Shown: piece after piece, positions 17,130 through 25,424 of the stretch
Position numbering within the stretch: the stretch's first letter is position 1
Layout: the number at the start of each line of letters is the position of its first letter
Origin: Anaerolineae bacterium
Lineage (GTDB): Bacteria > Chloroflexota > Anaerolineae > JAAYZQ01
DNA: 51,686 nucleotides
NCBI GenBank assembly: GCA_050123055.1
Contig: JASFHU010000001.1
Coordinates: 1-51,686 of the forward strand
Direction of reading: 5' to 3'
Notes under the pieces: generated by a model
Told to the model about the DNA's origin: nothing
What the model saw: the letters and a program-made list of their open reading frames with translations, nothing else
The model's database searches: none
Position numbers and translations under genes: made by a program

Positions 17130-18271
17130 CTTCCCTCGGTTCCGGGTCCCCAAAAGTCGGGCGCCCCTCCTTCCAGGGCCAGTAGCACCTCCTGAAAGAA
17201 ATAGTCGCCACAGATAAAGTACTCCTCTACGCCCCAGCCCTTGTGGGCGTGGTAGGTCCCATCCCGCAGCAGCCCCTGGCCTTCCGGCTCGGTCTCGAAG
17301 CAGTTGGCGACCAGGGCGTTCAGGAGGGTAAGGGCCGAGCGATGGAACTGCTCCCGCTCCTCGCCAGCCACCAACCGGGCAAGTCGCAGCAAGCCGCTGG
17401 CTGCAATGGCCCCCGCCGAACTGTCGCGGTAGCGAGGGGCATCGCCGGGCAGGCGCAGGTCCCAAGTCGGCACCCCATCCGGCGGCAGCTCGGCCATGAA
17501 CCGGCGGGCTGCCCGCCGGGATGCATCCAGCAACTCTTCGTCCTGGCACCAATCTGCCGCCACGGCAAAGCCAAAGATGGCCCAGGCCTGGCCCCGTGCC
17601 CAGAGTGAATCGTCGGCGTAGCCCTGGTGTGTGCGCGGGCCCAGTGGCTGGCCCGACGCCTGGTCGAAAAAGAAGGTGTGATAAGAAGCCCCGTCAGGAC
17701 GCACTAAGTATTTGCGGCTGGTCTCGGCGTGGTCCTGCGCTGCACGCTGATACACAGGATCCCCCGTCTGTCCGGAGGCCCAGAACAGGAGCGGCAGGTT
17801 CATCATGGTATCGATGATGGTACGGCCACCCTCCTCGGGGTCGCCCACCTCTCCCCAGGCTTGGATGTACCGTCCGGCGGGCCGGTATCGCTGCACCAGT
17901 TCTCCGGCTGCCTGCAAGGCCAACTGCCGGGCCCCCTCGTCGCCACTCATCTCCCACTGCGCGCGAGCGCTGAGGCTGTATAGGAAGCCCAGGTCGTGGG
18001 TGATGTGCACCCGCTTCTCTAGCCGCTCTCGAAAGGTCGAGAGTAGTGACCCGGCGTGTGCTTTCAGGTCCTCGTCCCCTGTGGCAGCGTAGGCCAGCCA
18101 CAGCAGCCCGGTCCAGAAACCGGCCAACCAGTGGTTGTTCTCGGAGAGCTGGTAGCGGATTCCCTCGCCGACGATAGGGAACTGAGTCCCAAACGCCCCA
18201 TGATGGCGCCGGATTCGGGCCAGCGAGTCTTCCAGTGCGGCTCGTTGATCCGTAGACGGTGTCCACATCAT
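17126..18271 (-). CDS. Unsaturated glucuronyl hydrolase (GH88)
   Basis: Track ORF 17126..18304. I prefer the ATG at 18271, which forms an ATGA overlap with the stop of the upstream 105-aa ORF. NNHWLAGFWTGLLWLAY, ITHDLGFLY and IIDTMMNLPLLFWA are GH88-like. Confidence 0.8.
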   Translation of the reverse strand: MMWTPSTDQRAALEDSLARIRRHHGAFGTQFPIVGEGIRYQLSENNHWLAGFWTGLLWLAYAATGDEDLKAHAGSLLSTFRERLEKRVHITHDLGFLYSLSARAQWEMSGDEGARQLALQAAGELVQRYRPAGRYIQAWGEVGDPEEGGRTIIDTMMNLPLLFWASGQTGDPVYQRAAQDHAETSRKYLVRPDGASYHTFFFDQASGQPLGPRTHQGYADDSLWARGQAWAIFGFAVAADWCQDEELLDASRRAARRFMAELPPDGVPTWDLRLPGDAPRYRDSSAGAIAASGLLRLARLVAGEEREQFHRSALTLLNALVANCFETEPEGQGLLRDGTYHAHKGWGVEEYFICGDYFFQEVLLALEGGAPDFWGPGTEGR

Positions 18272-18585
18272 CGATAGGCTCCGTACTCCTGCCATGCTTT
18301 CCACACGGCCATCAGGTTCTCGCGGACATTCCAGTTGTGGCTATTGAGGGGATACAGGCCCCGCACATCCATGCCCAACTGTCCCATCAGGGCGTCGTCC
18401 GGAAGGGCCAACTGCTGGATCGAATCACACAACTGTACGCCATCCAGCGGCAGGCCCAAAGTTTCGCACAAGCCCCGGTAAGCGATGGCATGGATGCCGG
18501 TGACCTGCGTGCTGCCAAGGTCCAAGGGCACACGGTCTGGCTCCTGGCGATGGAGAGCCGCTAGTAGACGTTCTCGCGAGTTCAT
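18268..18585 (-). pseudogene. Truncated N-terminal remnant of a URO-D/MtaA-like gene (105 codons)
   Basis: MNSRERLLAALHRQEPDRVPLDLGSTQVTGIHAIAYRGLCETLGLP... looks like the first ~80 residues of this ~350-400-aa family and then diverges and stops. Its stop overlaps the GH88 start (ATGA). Confidence 0.5.
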
Positions 18586-18610
18586 GTGAAGGCCAAGCAG
18601 TCCCGGGGGA

Positions 18611-19624
18611 TCAGTCGTACTCGATCCCGACCAGGTGCAGCTCGTCTGCCAGGTGACAGGCCACCCAATGGTCGTCTTTCAGCTCGTGCCATTCGGGGTT
18701 CTCTGTCGTGCACACCTCCTGCGCGTACCGGCAGCGGGGGTGGAATTTGCAGCCGGGAGGCGGATCGGCCGGGCTGGGCACGTCCCCGGGCAGGATGATC
18801 CGTTGGGTGGCTATGTCCGGGTCGGTGCGCGGCACCGCCGAGAGCAGAGCTTCGGTGTAAGGATGCAGCGGGTTGCGATAGAGCTCGTCCGCCTGCGCCA
18901 GCTCGACCAGGTTGCCCAGATACATCACCGCCACGCGGTCGCTGATGTGCTCAACCACCGACAAGTCGTGAGCAATAAAGAGATAGGTCAGCCCGAACTC
19001 CTGTTGCAGGTCTTCCAACAGGTTGATCGTCTGGGCCTGGATCGAGACGTCCAGGGCCGAGACCGGCTCGTCGCAGACGACGAGTTTGGGTCGCAGGGCC
19101 AGCGCGCGGGCAATGCCGATGCGCTGCCGCTGTCCGCCGCTGAAAGCGTAGGGATAGCGGTTCATGTGTTGCGCCCGCAGGCCCACCGACTCGAGGAGTT
19201 CCCGGACCCGTGCCTTGAGCTCGTCACCCTTGGCCACGCGGTTGATGACCAATGGCTCGCTGATGATGTCCATCACCGTCATCCGCGGATTGAGGGAGGA
19301 AAAGGGGTCCTGGAAGATGATCTGCATCTGGCGCCGAAGCGGCTCCATCTCTTTCCTGGACAGCTCCAGAATGTTGACCATCTCCCCGTTGTAATGGAAG
19401 CGGACCTCACCCTCTGTCGGCTCGTAGGCCCGCAGGATGCAGCGGCCAGCCGTTGTCTTGCCGCATCCCGACTCTCCAACCAGCCCCAGAGTTTCCCCCT
19501 CGCGGATGAAAAAGCTGATCCCATCTACAGCCTTGATGTACCCCACGACATTGCGGAAAAAGCCCGCCTGGATGGGAAAGTGCATCTTGAGGTCGCGCAC
19601 TTCTAGCAAGTTGCTCTCTGTCAT
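18611..19624 (-). CDS. ABC transporter ATP-binding protein (OppF/DppF-like)
   Basis: 337 aa. Walker [10 protein letters not shown], signature FSGGQRQR, Walker [13 protein letters not shown], and an Opp-type C-terminal extension with Cys residues. Confidence 0.9.
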   Translation of the reverse strand: MTESNLLEVRDLKMHFPIQAGFFRNVVGYIKAVDGISFFIREGETLGLVGESGCGKTTAGRCILRAYEPTEGEVRFHYNGEMVNILELSRKEMEPLRRQMQIIFQDPFSSLNPRMTVMDIISEPLVINRVAKGDELKARVRELLESVGLRAQHMNRYPYAFSGGQRQRIGIARALALRPKLVVCDEPVSALDVSIQAQTINLLEDLQQEFGLTYLFIAHDLSVVEHISDRVAVMYLGNLVELAQADELYRNPLHPYTEALLSAVPRTDPDIATQRIILPGDVPSPADPPPGCKFHPRCRYAQEVCTTENPEWHELKDDHWVACHLADELHLVGIEYD

Positions 19625-19649
19625 GTTCTTACCAGTCTAATTTCCGGTG

Positions 19650-19745
19650 GGACTGGCAGTCCTTCACCAGTCCGATCCCCTACCCCGGAGCGGCTGTATC
19701 CCCATTCCGAGGCATCTGAAGACGAGCGGCTAGGACTGCCAGTCC
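19650..19745. repeat. Pair of mutually complementary 13-mers flanking the spacer between the two ABC ATPase genes
   Basis: GGACTGGCAGTCC (19650-19662) and GGACTGCCAGTCC (19733-19745). Each is also a dyad. CCCATTCCGAGG (19701-19712) inside resembles the 23101 repeat unit. Confidence 0.7.
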
Positions 19746-19750
19746 TGGTC

Positions 19751-20791
19751 TCAAGCATTTGTCCCATCCCCCGTCTGATAGAGGGTACATCGTACCAGAT
19801 GGCCCCTCTCCATCTCAGTCAGCGGCACCGCTTTCTCGCAGGCCGGGCGCTTCGGCGCCGGGCAACGGGGGTAAAATGCACACCCCGCCGGCACCGAATA
19901 GGGATCGGGCACACTGCCGGGAATGGGCGTCAGGCGGGCCTTGATCCGGCGGCCCAGGTGTGGGATGGAGCGCATGAGCCCCACCGTGTAGGGATGAAGC
20001 GGCTGGTGGAAAATGGTGCTCACATCTGCGGTCTCGACGATCTTGCCCATATACATCACGGCCACGCGAGTACACATCTCGGCGATAACGCCCAGGTTGT
20101 GGGTGATCATCAGGATGGCCATGCCGAACTCTTCCTGGAGCTTTTTCATCAGCTCCAGGATCTGGGCCTGGATGGTGACGTCCAGGGCCGTCGTCGGCTC
20201 GTCAGCGATGAGCAACGCCGGGTTGCACGACAGGGCCATGGCGATCATAGCCCGCTGGCGCATGCCACCAGAGAATTGGTGGGGATACTCGTCGTAGCGC
20301 TGCTCCGGCAGAGCGATGCCCACCTCGTCCAGCATGCGGATGGCCACCTGCCTGGCTTCCTCGCTGGTCACGTTTTGGTGCAGTTCCACCGTTTCGGCGA
20401 TCTGGCTTCCCACCGTGTGCACCGGCGACAGAGAGGTCAACGGCTCTTGGAAGATCATGGCAATCTCATTGCCCCGAATGTCGCGAATAAGCCGGTCATT
20501 GGGGTTCACGGTGGTCAGGTCAATGGGCGGTTCGCCATTGCCGCGATCAAAGAGGATCTCACCATGGACGATGCGGCTGATCTTTTTCGGTAAGAGGCGG
20601 AGGATAGAAAAAGCCGTCACGCTCTTACCACATCCCGACTCGCCAACCAGGCCGAGAGATTCACCGGGATGGATCTCGAGCGATACGCCATCCACCGCCC
20701 GGACGATACCGTCCAGGGTGTAAAAGTAGGTCTTAAGCTCGTCGAGCTTGACCAGGTAGCGGTCGGTCCCTGCCTTGCCGGATTGGATCAT
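19751..20791 (-). CDS. ABC transporter ATP-binding protein (OppD/DppD-like)
   Basis: Track ORF 19751..21295 is over-extended into the permease gene. The start is [23 protein letters not shown] at ATG 20791 with an AGGTGA RBS. Contains [17 protein letters not shown] and [12 protein letters not shown]. Confidence 0.9.
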   Translation of the reverse strand: MIQSGKAGTDRYLVKLDELKTYFYTLDGIVRAVDGVSLEIHPGESLGLVGESGCGKSVTAFSILRLLPKKISRIVHGEILFDRGNGEPPIDLTTVNPNDRLIRDIRGNEIAMIFQEPLTSLSPVHTVGSQIAETVELHQNVTSEEARQVAIRMLDEVGIALPEQRYDEYPHQFSGGMRQRAMIAMALSCNPALLIADEPTTALDVTIQAQILELMKKLQEEFGMAILMITHNLGVIAEMCTRVAVMYMGKIVETADVSTIFHQPLHPYTVGLMRSIPHLGRRIKARLTPIPGSVPDPYSVPAGCAFYPRCPAPKRPACEKAVPLTEMERGHLVRCTLYQTGDGTNA

Positions 20792-20820
20792 GGTACTATC
20801 ACCTGAGGTTAGGTCCTCTC

Positions 20821-22011
20821 CTAAACCGTATAGGGGTCCACAGAGTCGCGCAGACCGTCGCCAAGGTAGCTGAAAGCCAGGATGCACACGGCGATGACGA
20901 TCGCAGGTGTGAACACCCAGGGGTAGAGAGCCAGAGACTGGTAGTTCTGCGACTCTTGGATCAACACGCCCCAACTGGTCACCGGTGGGCGGAGCCCCAG
21001 GCCCAGGTAGCTCAGCGACGTTTCGGCCAGGATCATGGCCGGCATGGCCAGCGTCGAGACGACGACGATCTGTCCCATGGTGGCCGGAATCAGATGCCGG
21101 AAGATGATCCAGCGATCGCTGGCTCCGGCCAGCTTGGCGGACATAATATAGTCGTGGTTCCGCAGGGCCAACACCTGCCCCCGCAGTTGCCGTGCCAGCC
21201 AGGTCCAGCCGATGAGCGAGAGGATGATGGTAATGGCAAAATAGGTCTGCATGACGGACCAGGCCAGGGGGATGGCCGCCGACAGGGCCATCCAAAGCGG
21301 AATGGAGGGGAAAGAGCGGATCAGCTCGATCACACGCTGGATGATGTTGTCCACCGTCCCGCTATAGTAGCCCGACGCGATGCCCAGCACAGCACCAATG
21401 GAGAGGCTCATGGCCACGCCCAGCAGGCCGATGGTCAGAGAAACCTGGCCACCGAACAGGATCCGGGAGAACATGCCGCGGCCCTGTCGATCGGTGCCCA
21501 GAATGCAGACCGGCCTGCCATCCTCCCCCTGGAAGAGGTGCACGTTGGCTGGGATCAGCCCAAAGAGCTTGTAGGGCTCCCCCTCGGCAAAGAACAGAAC
21601 CCTAGTCTTTTTCTCCGGGTCGACCACGTACGTCCGGCGCAGGTTTTCGTCAAACTCCTGCTGCAAGTCATAGACCCAGGGTTGGAGTCTGCCCTCGTCG
21701 AAAAAATGGATGAGTTGGGGGGGCATATATATCTGCTTTGTAAAGCGGGTGGTGAGCCCGTAGGGCGCCAAGAAGGGAGCAAAGAGTGCGCTAAGGTAGA
21801 AGAGCAGGATGACGATCCCCCCCGCCAGCGCCGCCTTGTTGCGCCTGAACTTGCGCCAGATCAGCCGCCACTGGGAAGCGCCATAGATTGCCTCCAGCGA
21901 CTTGCCGGTTCGGGGATCGACCTCCGGCTCCACCTCAAGCGCCAGGCCAACGTCGGGCAAGCTCTCGTATAACTCACGAAGCTCCTGCGAACTGGTTAGT
22001 TTGTCCTTCAT
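20821..22011 (-). CDS. ABC transporter permease (OppC/DppC-like)
   Basis: Track ORF 20821..22026 starts with GTG. The ATG at 22011 (MKDKLTSSQ) has a GAGGAG RBS. It has multiple TM helices and the EAA-like loop SAKLAGASDRWIIFRHLIP. Confidence 0.9.
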   Translation of the reverse strand: MKDKLTSSQELRELYESLPDVGLALEVEPEVDPRTGKSLEAIYGASQWRLIWRKFRRNKAALAGGIVILLFYLSALFAPFLAPYGLTTRFTKQIYMPPQLIHFFDEGRLQPWVYDLQQEFDENLRRTYVVDPEKKTRVLFFAEGEPYKLFGLIPANVHLFQGEDGRPVCILGTDRQGRGMFSRILFGGQVSLTIGLLGVAMSLSIGAVLGIASGYYSGTVDNIIQRVIELIRSFPSIPLWMALSAAIPLAWSVMQTYFAITIILSLIGWTWLARQLRGQVLALRNHDYIMSAKLAGASDRWIIFRHLIPATMGQIVVVSTLAMPAMILAETSLSYLGLGLRPPVTSWGVLIQESQNYQSLALYPWVFTPAIVIAVCILAFSYLGDGLRDSVDPYTV

Positions 22012-22059
22012 CGGTACGCTCCTCACAGATCCCTGCCACCGGCGGGCATGAGCTGCGGC

Positions 22060-23043
22060 CTAGCTATAGGCTATCCTGGGATCGACCCAGGCCAGAATAA
22101 TGTCCGCCAGCAGATTGGCCACCATCAACATCACCGCCATAAGCAGCAGGATCGTCCCTGAGAGATAGGTGTCCTGGGTCTGCAGGGCCCGCAAAAAGAT
22201 GGGTCCCAGCGTGGGCAGGATCATGACGATACCTACCAGGGCCGATTGGTTGATGATCTTGGGTATCTCCAGGGCCATGACGCTGATCAAGGGGTTGATG
22301 GCTACCCGTACGGCGTACTTGTTGACCACCGTGCGCTCCTTAAGCCCTTTGGCCCGTGCCGTGGTGATATATTGCTGGCCCAGCGTGTCCAGCAGGTTGC
22401 TGCGCATGATGCGTTGCAGTTGCGCCGTGCTGGAAAGGCCAAGCACGATCACGGCTGGCAAGAGATGCTGGAAATAGTCCAACAACTTGGCCAGGCTCAT
22501 GGGCGCATCCACAAACTCGCGCGAATGCAGACCCCCAACGTCGATATTCAGGACAATGATGCCCAGGAACATCCAGATCAGGGCCAGCAGAAAACCGGGC
22601 AGGCACAGGCCAAAGAACCCCACCGCCGACAGGATATGGTCGCCAGGAGAATATTGGTGCGTGGCCGAATAGATGCCGATGGGGATAGAGACGATGACCA
22701 TAAAGAGCAAGGATAAGAACCCCAGCCAGAGCGTGAACAGCAGGTAGCTAGAGATCACGTCCCAGACCGGCGCGTTCCAGCCCAGGGAATAGCCAAAGTC
22801 CAGGCGATGCCAGCCGGAGACCCAGCGCCAGTATTGGACGTGCAGCGGCTGATCCAGGCCATAGATCTCCTGGAACTTTTTGATGATCTCTTTGTCCTGC
22901 CCGCCGCCTGTCTCGGCAATCTCGGCCTGGAGCGTGGTAAAGTAGTCGCCTGGCGGCAACTGGATGATGATAAAGGTGATCACCGACACGACAAACAGCA
23001 TCGGGATCATGACTGCAATCCGCCTCAGGATGTAGGCCAGCAT
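22060..23043 (-). CDS. ABC transporter permease (OppB/DppB-like)
   Basis: 327 aa. MLAYILRRIAVMIPMLFVVSVITF N-terminus and the TARAKGLKERTVVNKYAVR EAA loop. Confidence 0.9.
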   Translation of the reverse strand: MLAYILRRIAVMIPMLFVVSVITFIIIQLPPGDYFTTLQAEIAETGGGQDKEIIKKFQEIYGLDQPLHVQYWRWVSGWHRLDFGYSLGWNAPVWDVISSYLLFTLWLGFLSLLFMVIVSIPIGIYSATHQYSPGDHILSAVGFFGLCLPGFLLALIWMFLGIIVLNIDVGGLHSREFVDAPMSLAKLLDYFQHLLPAVIVLGLSSTAQLQRIMRSNLLDTLGQQYITTARAKGLKERTVVNKYAVRVAINPLISVMALEIPKIINQSALVGIVMILPTLGPIFLRALQTQDTYLSGTILLLMAVMLMVANLLADIILAWVDPRIAYS

Positions 23044-23068
23044 ACGAGTACCCCTCTATCTTGGGTAG

Positions 23069-23172
23069 GTGAGAGAGGGACCTGCAGCAGCACATGCTGC
23101 CCCATTCCGATGGGCGGACCCATTCCGATGGGCGGACCCATTCCGATGGGCGCAGGCCCCTCTCTGTCTCAC
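23069..23172 (-). repeat. Structured intercistronic element: three tandem 18-bp hairpin units plus a fourth hairpin, enclosed by a long outer inverted repeat
   Basis: CCCATTCCGATGGGCGGA occurs three times (23101-23154; the third ends GCA), and each unit holds CCCAT-TCCG-ATGGG. GCAGCAGCACATGCTGC lies at 23084-23100. The outer arms are GTGAGAGAGGGACC (23069-23082) and GGCCCCTCTCTGTCTCAC (23155-23172). Confidence 0.8.
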
Positions 23173-23186
23173 AACTCAGACAGCCG

Positions 23187-25223
23187 CTAGTGTGGCTCCA
23201 TCCAGTAGTGGGATGGGTCCTGAGTACCAGGCGTCATGATCAGCCAGTCGGAGGTGTGGCTTGGGGCCACGTTGTGGAAGTAGTTCTTGACGATGACCGG
23301 TGCAGGCGCCATACCAGCCGTCCCGATGACGTTGAGCCGGGTGGTGGTCTTGTTTACGATCTCCTTGGCGATCTTGACCTGCTCAGCGGTGTCGGTTACG
23401 GTCTTGTACTGGTCAAAGAGATCCATCAACTCTTTCAGCTCGGCTGTGGGCTCTTCACCCTCCGCCCCACCGGTCTTGTACCAGGTACCAAAGGAGGGAG
23501 CCATCCACGATCTCTCGTCAAAGGGGAACTGGTAGATGGGATCGATCATGGGCACCAGGCCACGGTCAGTGGTCCAGGTGGCGATCATGACCTCGTTCGC
23601 GCCCGCCCGGGGCCAGTACAGGTCACGCGTCGACACCTCGACCTGTGTGTTGAGGCCGATGGCCCGCCAGTTCTCCGCGACCAACTCGAGGCCATCCAGC
23701 ATATCCTGGCTCCACTGCGCGTTTCCTTCGATGACCAGGATCAACTCCGAGCCATCGGCAAAGGTGCGCATGCCATCCGCACCCACCGGCAGGCCCATGT
23801 CGTCGAGCAGGGACTTGGCCAACTCGGGATCGTATTCGCCATAGACGTTCTCGATCTCTGGCTGGTAGAGTGCCGAATCATCCACGACGCTGATGGTACG
23901 CGGCGTGGCCTGGCCCAGCCAGCCAACATCGTTGATCGTGTCCCGGTCTATGGCCTGGGATAGAGCTTGGCGGAACTCGAAGGTCTGCATCAGTTCCCGG
24001 TACTTTTCGTCGGGATAGCTCTGGTTGGGGAAGAAGGTCAGCTCTGATGCCCGCGCCGTCGTCCACAGACCTGCGGTGTAATCGCCCTCTGCGGCATTCT
24101 CCTGGAACACCGGGTAGGTGGCTAGACTCATGCCGCGGTGCTGCATGTCGATCTTGCCGGCAAGGGCCAGAGACTGAATGGCAGCGTTGTCCTCGACCAG
24201 GTAGAAGTAGACCTCGTCGATGTAGGGCAACTGGTTGCCCTCGACATCTACTTTCCAGTAGTAGGGATTGCGGGTGGCGAGCATGTGGTCGGCCCCCTCC
24301 TCCCACTGGGTGATGCGCCAGGGGGTCATCGCCGGGCGCTCGGGGTTGTACTCCCAGGCCATGGCCTCGAACTGCTCGTAGGTGGCGTCCGAGTTGTACT
24401 TGGGGTGGTACTGCTCCAGGTAGTGCCGGGGGGCAAAGAAGCCAAAGCGCTCAAAGCCCAGCGGCCACTGGTTGCCGTGGAAGGCCAGACCCGTGGTCTC
24501 GGCCAGACCGTTGGGACCGGCGAATATGAGCTTGATGGTGGTATCGTCGATCCTTTCCAGGGTCATCGGCTCGCCGTTGACCACCCACTCGGCGTGGGGG
24601 GCAGTGGTGATGTTGGTGTCGTTCTCAATGTCCTCCCACCAGAAGATGATGTCGTCCACGGTAAAGGGTGCGCCATCGGACCACTTGAGGCCTTTGCGCA
24701 GGTAGAGAGTCAGCTCGGTGCCGTCGTCGCTGAACTCCCATGCTTCGGCCAGGCCGGGCTGCACGCCGTCCTTCGGGTCGCGCGGCCAGCGCAGTACCGG
24801 CTCGTAGACGATGCGGCCGTAGCAGTGAAAGTCCTTGATGCCCCGCCAGCCACGGTACCAGGTGCCGCCATACTGGCCCACCGACTTGATGGGCAGGACC
24901 ACCAGCGGATTCTCGGGCAGGCGCTCGGCCACGGGCGGGAGATCACCCGCGGCTACCATGTCAGCCAGCGCTGGCGCCTCGCCGTAGCTGGTGATCTCCA
25001 CCTCGACGGTCTCGACCACGGTGACCTCGACCTCTTTTTCGACCTCGACCGTCTCGACGACAGTCTTTTCGACCTCAACGGTTTCGACCACCGTCTTTTC
25101 CACCTCGACGGTCTCTACGACGGTCACTGGCTCAGGCGTGGGACCGCAAGCCGTGAGGATCAACGACAGCATCAGCACGACGCCGATTACCGCCCGCCAC
25201 ATGGAACTCTTTGGATGAAACAT
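23187..25223 (-). CDS. ABC transporter substrate-binding lipoprotein, family 5 (Opp/Dpp-type, probably oligosaccharide-binding)
   Basis: 678 aa. Signal peptide plus lipobox LILTAC, a repetitive VETVEVEKTV tether, then a family-5 SBP body. First gene of the transporter block, with an AAAGGAGGG RBS. Confidence 0.9.
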   Translation of the reverse strand: MFHPKSSMWRAVIGVVLMLSLILTACGPTPEPVTVVETVEVEKTVVETVEVEKTVVETVEVEKEVEVTVVETVEVEITSYGEAPALADMVAAGDLPPVAERLPENPLVVLPIKSVGQYGGTWYRGWRGIKDFHCYGRIVYEPVLRWPRDPKDGVQPGLAEAWEFSDDGTELTLYLRKGLKWSDGAPFTVDDIIFWWEDIENDTNITTAPHAEWVVNGEPMTLERIDDTTIKLIFAGPNGLAETTGLAFHGNQWPLGFERFGFFAPRHYLEQYHPKYNSDATYEQFEAMAWEYNPERPAMTPWRITQWEEGADHMLATRNPYYWKVDVEGNQLPYIDEVYFYLVEDNAAIQSLALAGKIDMQHRGMSLATYPVFQENAAEGDYTAGLWTTARASELTFFPNQSYPDEKYRELMQTFEFRQALSQAIDRDTINDVGWLGQATPRTISVVDDSALYQPEIENVYGEYDPELAKSLLDDMGLPVGADGMRTFADGSELILVIEGNAQWSQDMLDGLELVAENWRAIGLNTQVEVSTRDLYWPRAGANEVMIATWTTDRGLVPMIDPIYQFPFDERSWMAPSFGTWYKTGGAEGEEPTAELKELMDLFDQYKTVTDTAEQVKIAKEIVNKTTTRLNVIGTAGMAPAPVIVKNYFHNVAPSHTSDWLIMTPGTQDPSHYWMEPH
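24993..25127 (-). repeat. In-frame 30-bp tandem repeats encoding the (VETVEVEKTV)n tether of the binding lipoprotein
   Basis: Protein residues 33-77: VTVVETVEVEKTVVETVEVEKTVVETVEVEKEVEVTVVETVEVEI. The DNA shows about 4.5 imperfect 30-nt units. Confidence 0.85.
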
Positions 25224-25424
25224 TTCTTACCCTCCTTTGCGTTTGTGTTCCTTTGCTCCATTCCAAATCATCTGCTACTCCTCGCTGAATCGTCTCTCGC
25301 CTTATGGCACCTCCCTTCTCCTCTTTCGTTCGACACTCGAGATTGGTTGTGCCAGACAGCAAGGCTGAACGCGGTATGGGGTGGCACAAAGCCCAAAACA
25401 CACCGCACAACGAACCTCAGACCT

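Noticed and set aside
17130-17552. N-terminal extension of track ORF 16086..17552; analogous extensions at 20792..21295, 26427..26678, 41917..42231 and 37052..37270
   Set aside because: The extensions overlap the preceding genes in another frame and are Arg/Gly/Pro-rich. Canonical family N-termini with good RBSs begin at the internal starts used in the feature table.
23101-23154. Possible CRISPR-like array (three identical 18-nt units)
   Set aside because: The units are directly adjacent with no spacers, only three copies exist, no cas genes are nearby, and each unit is a tiny hairpin. I interpret it as an intercistronic REP-like structure.
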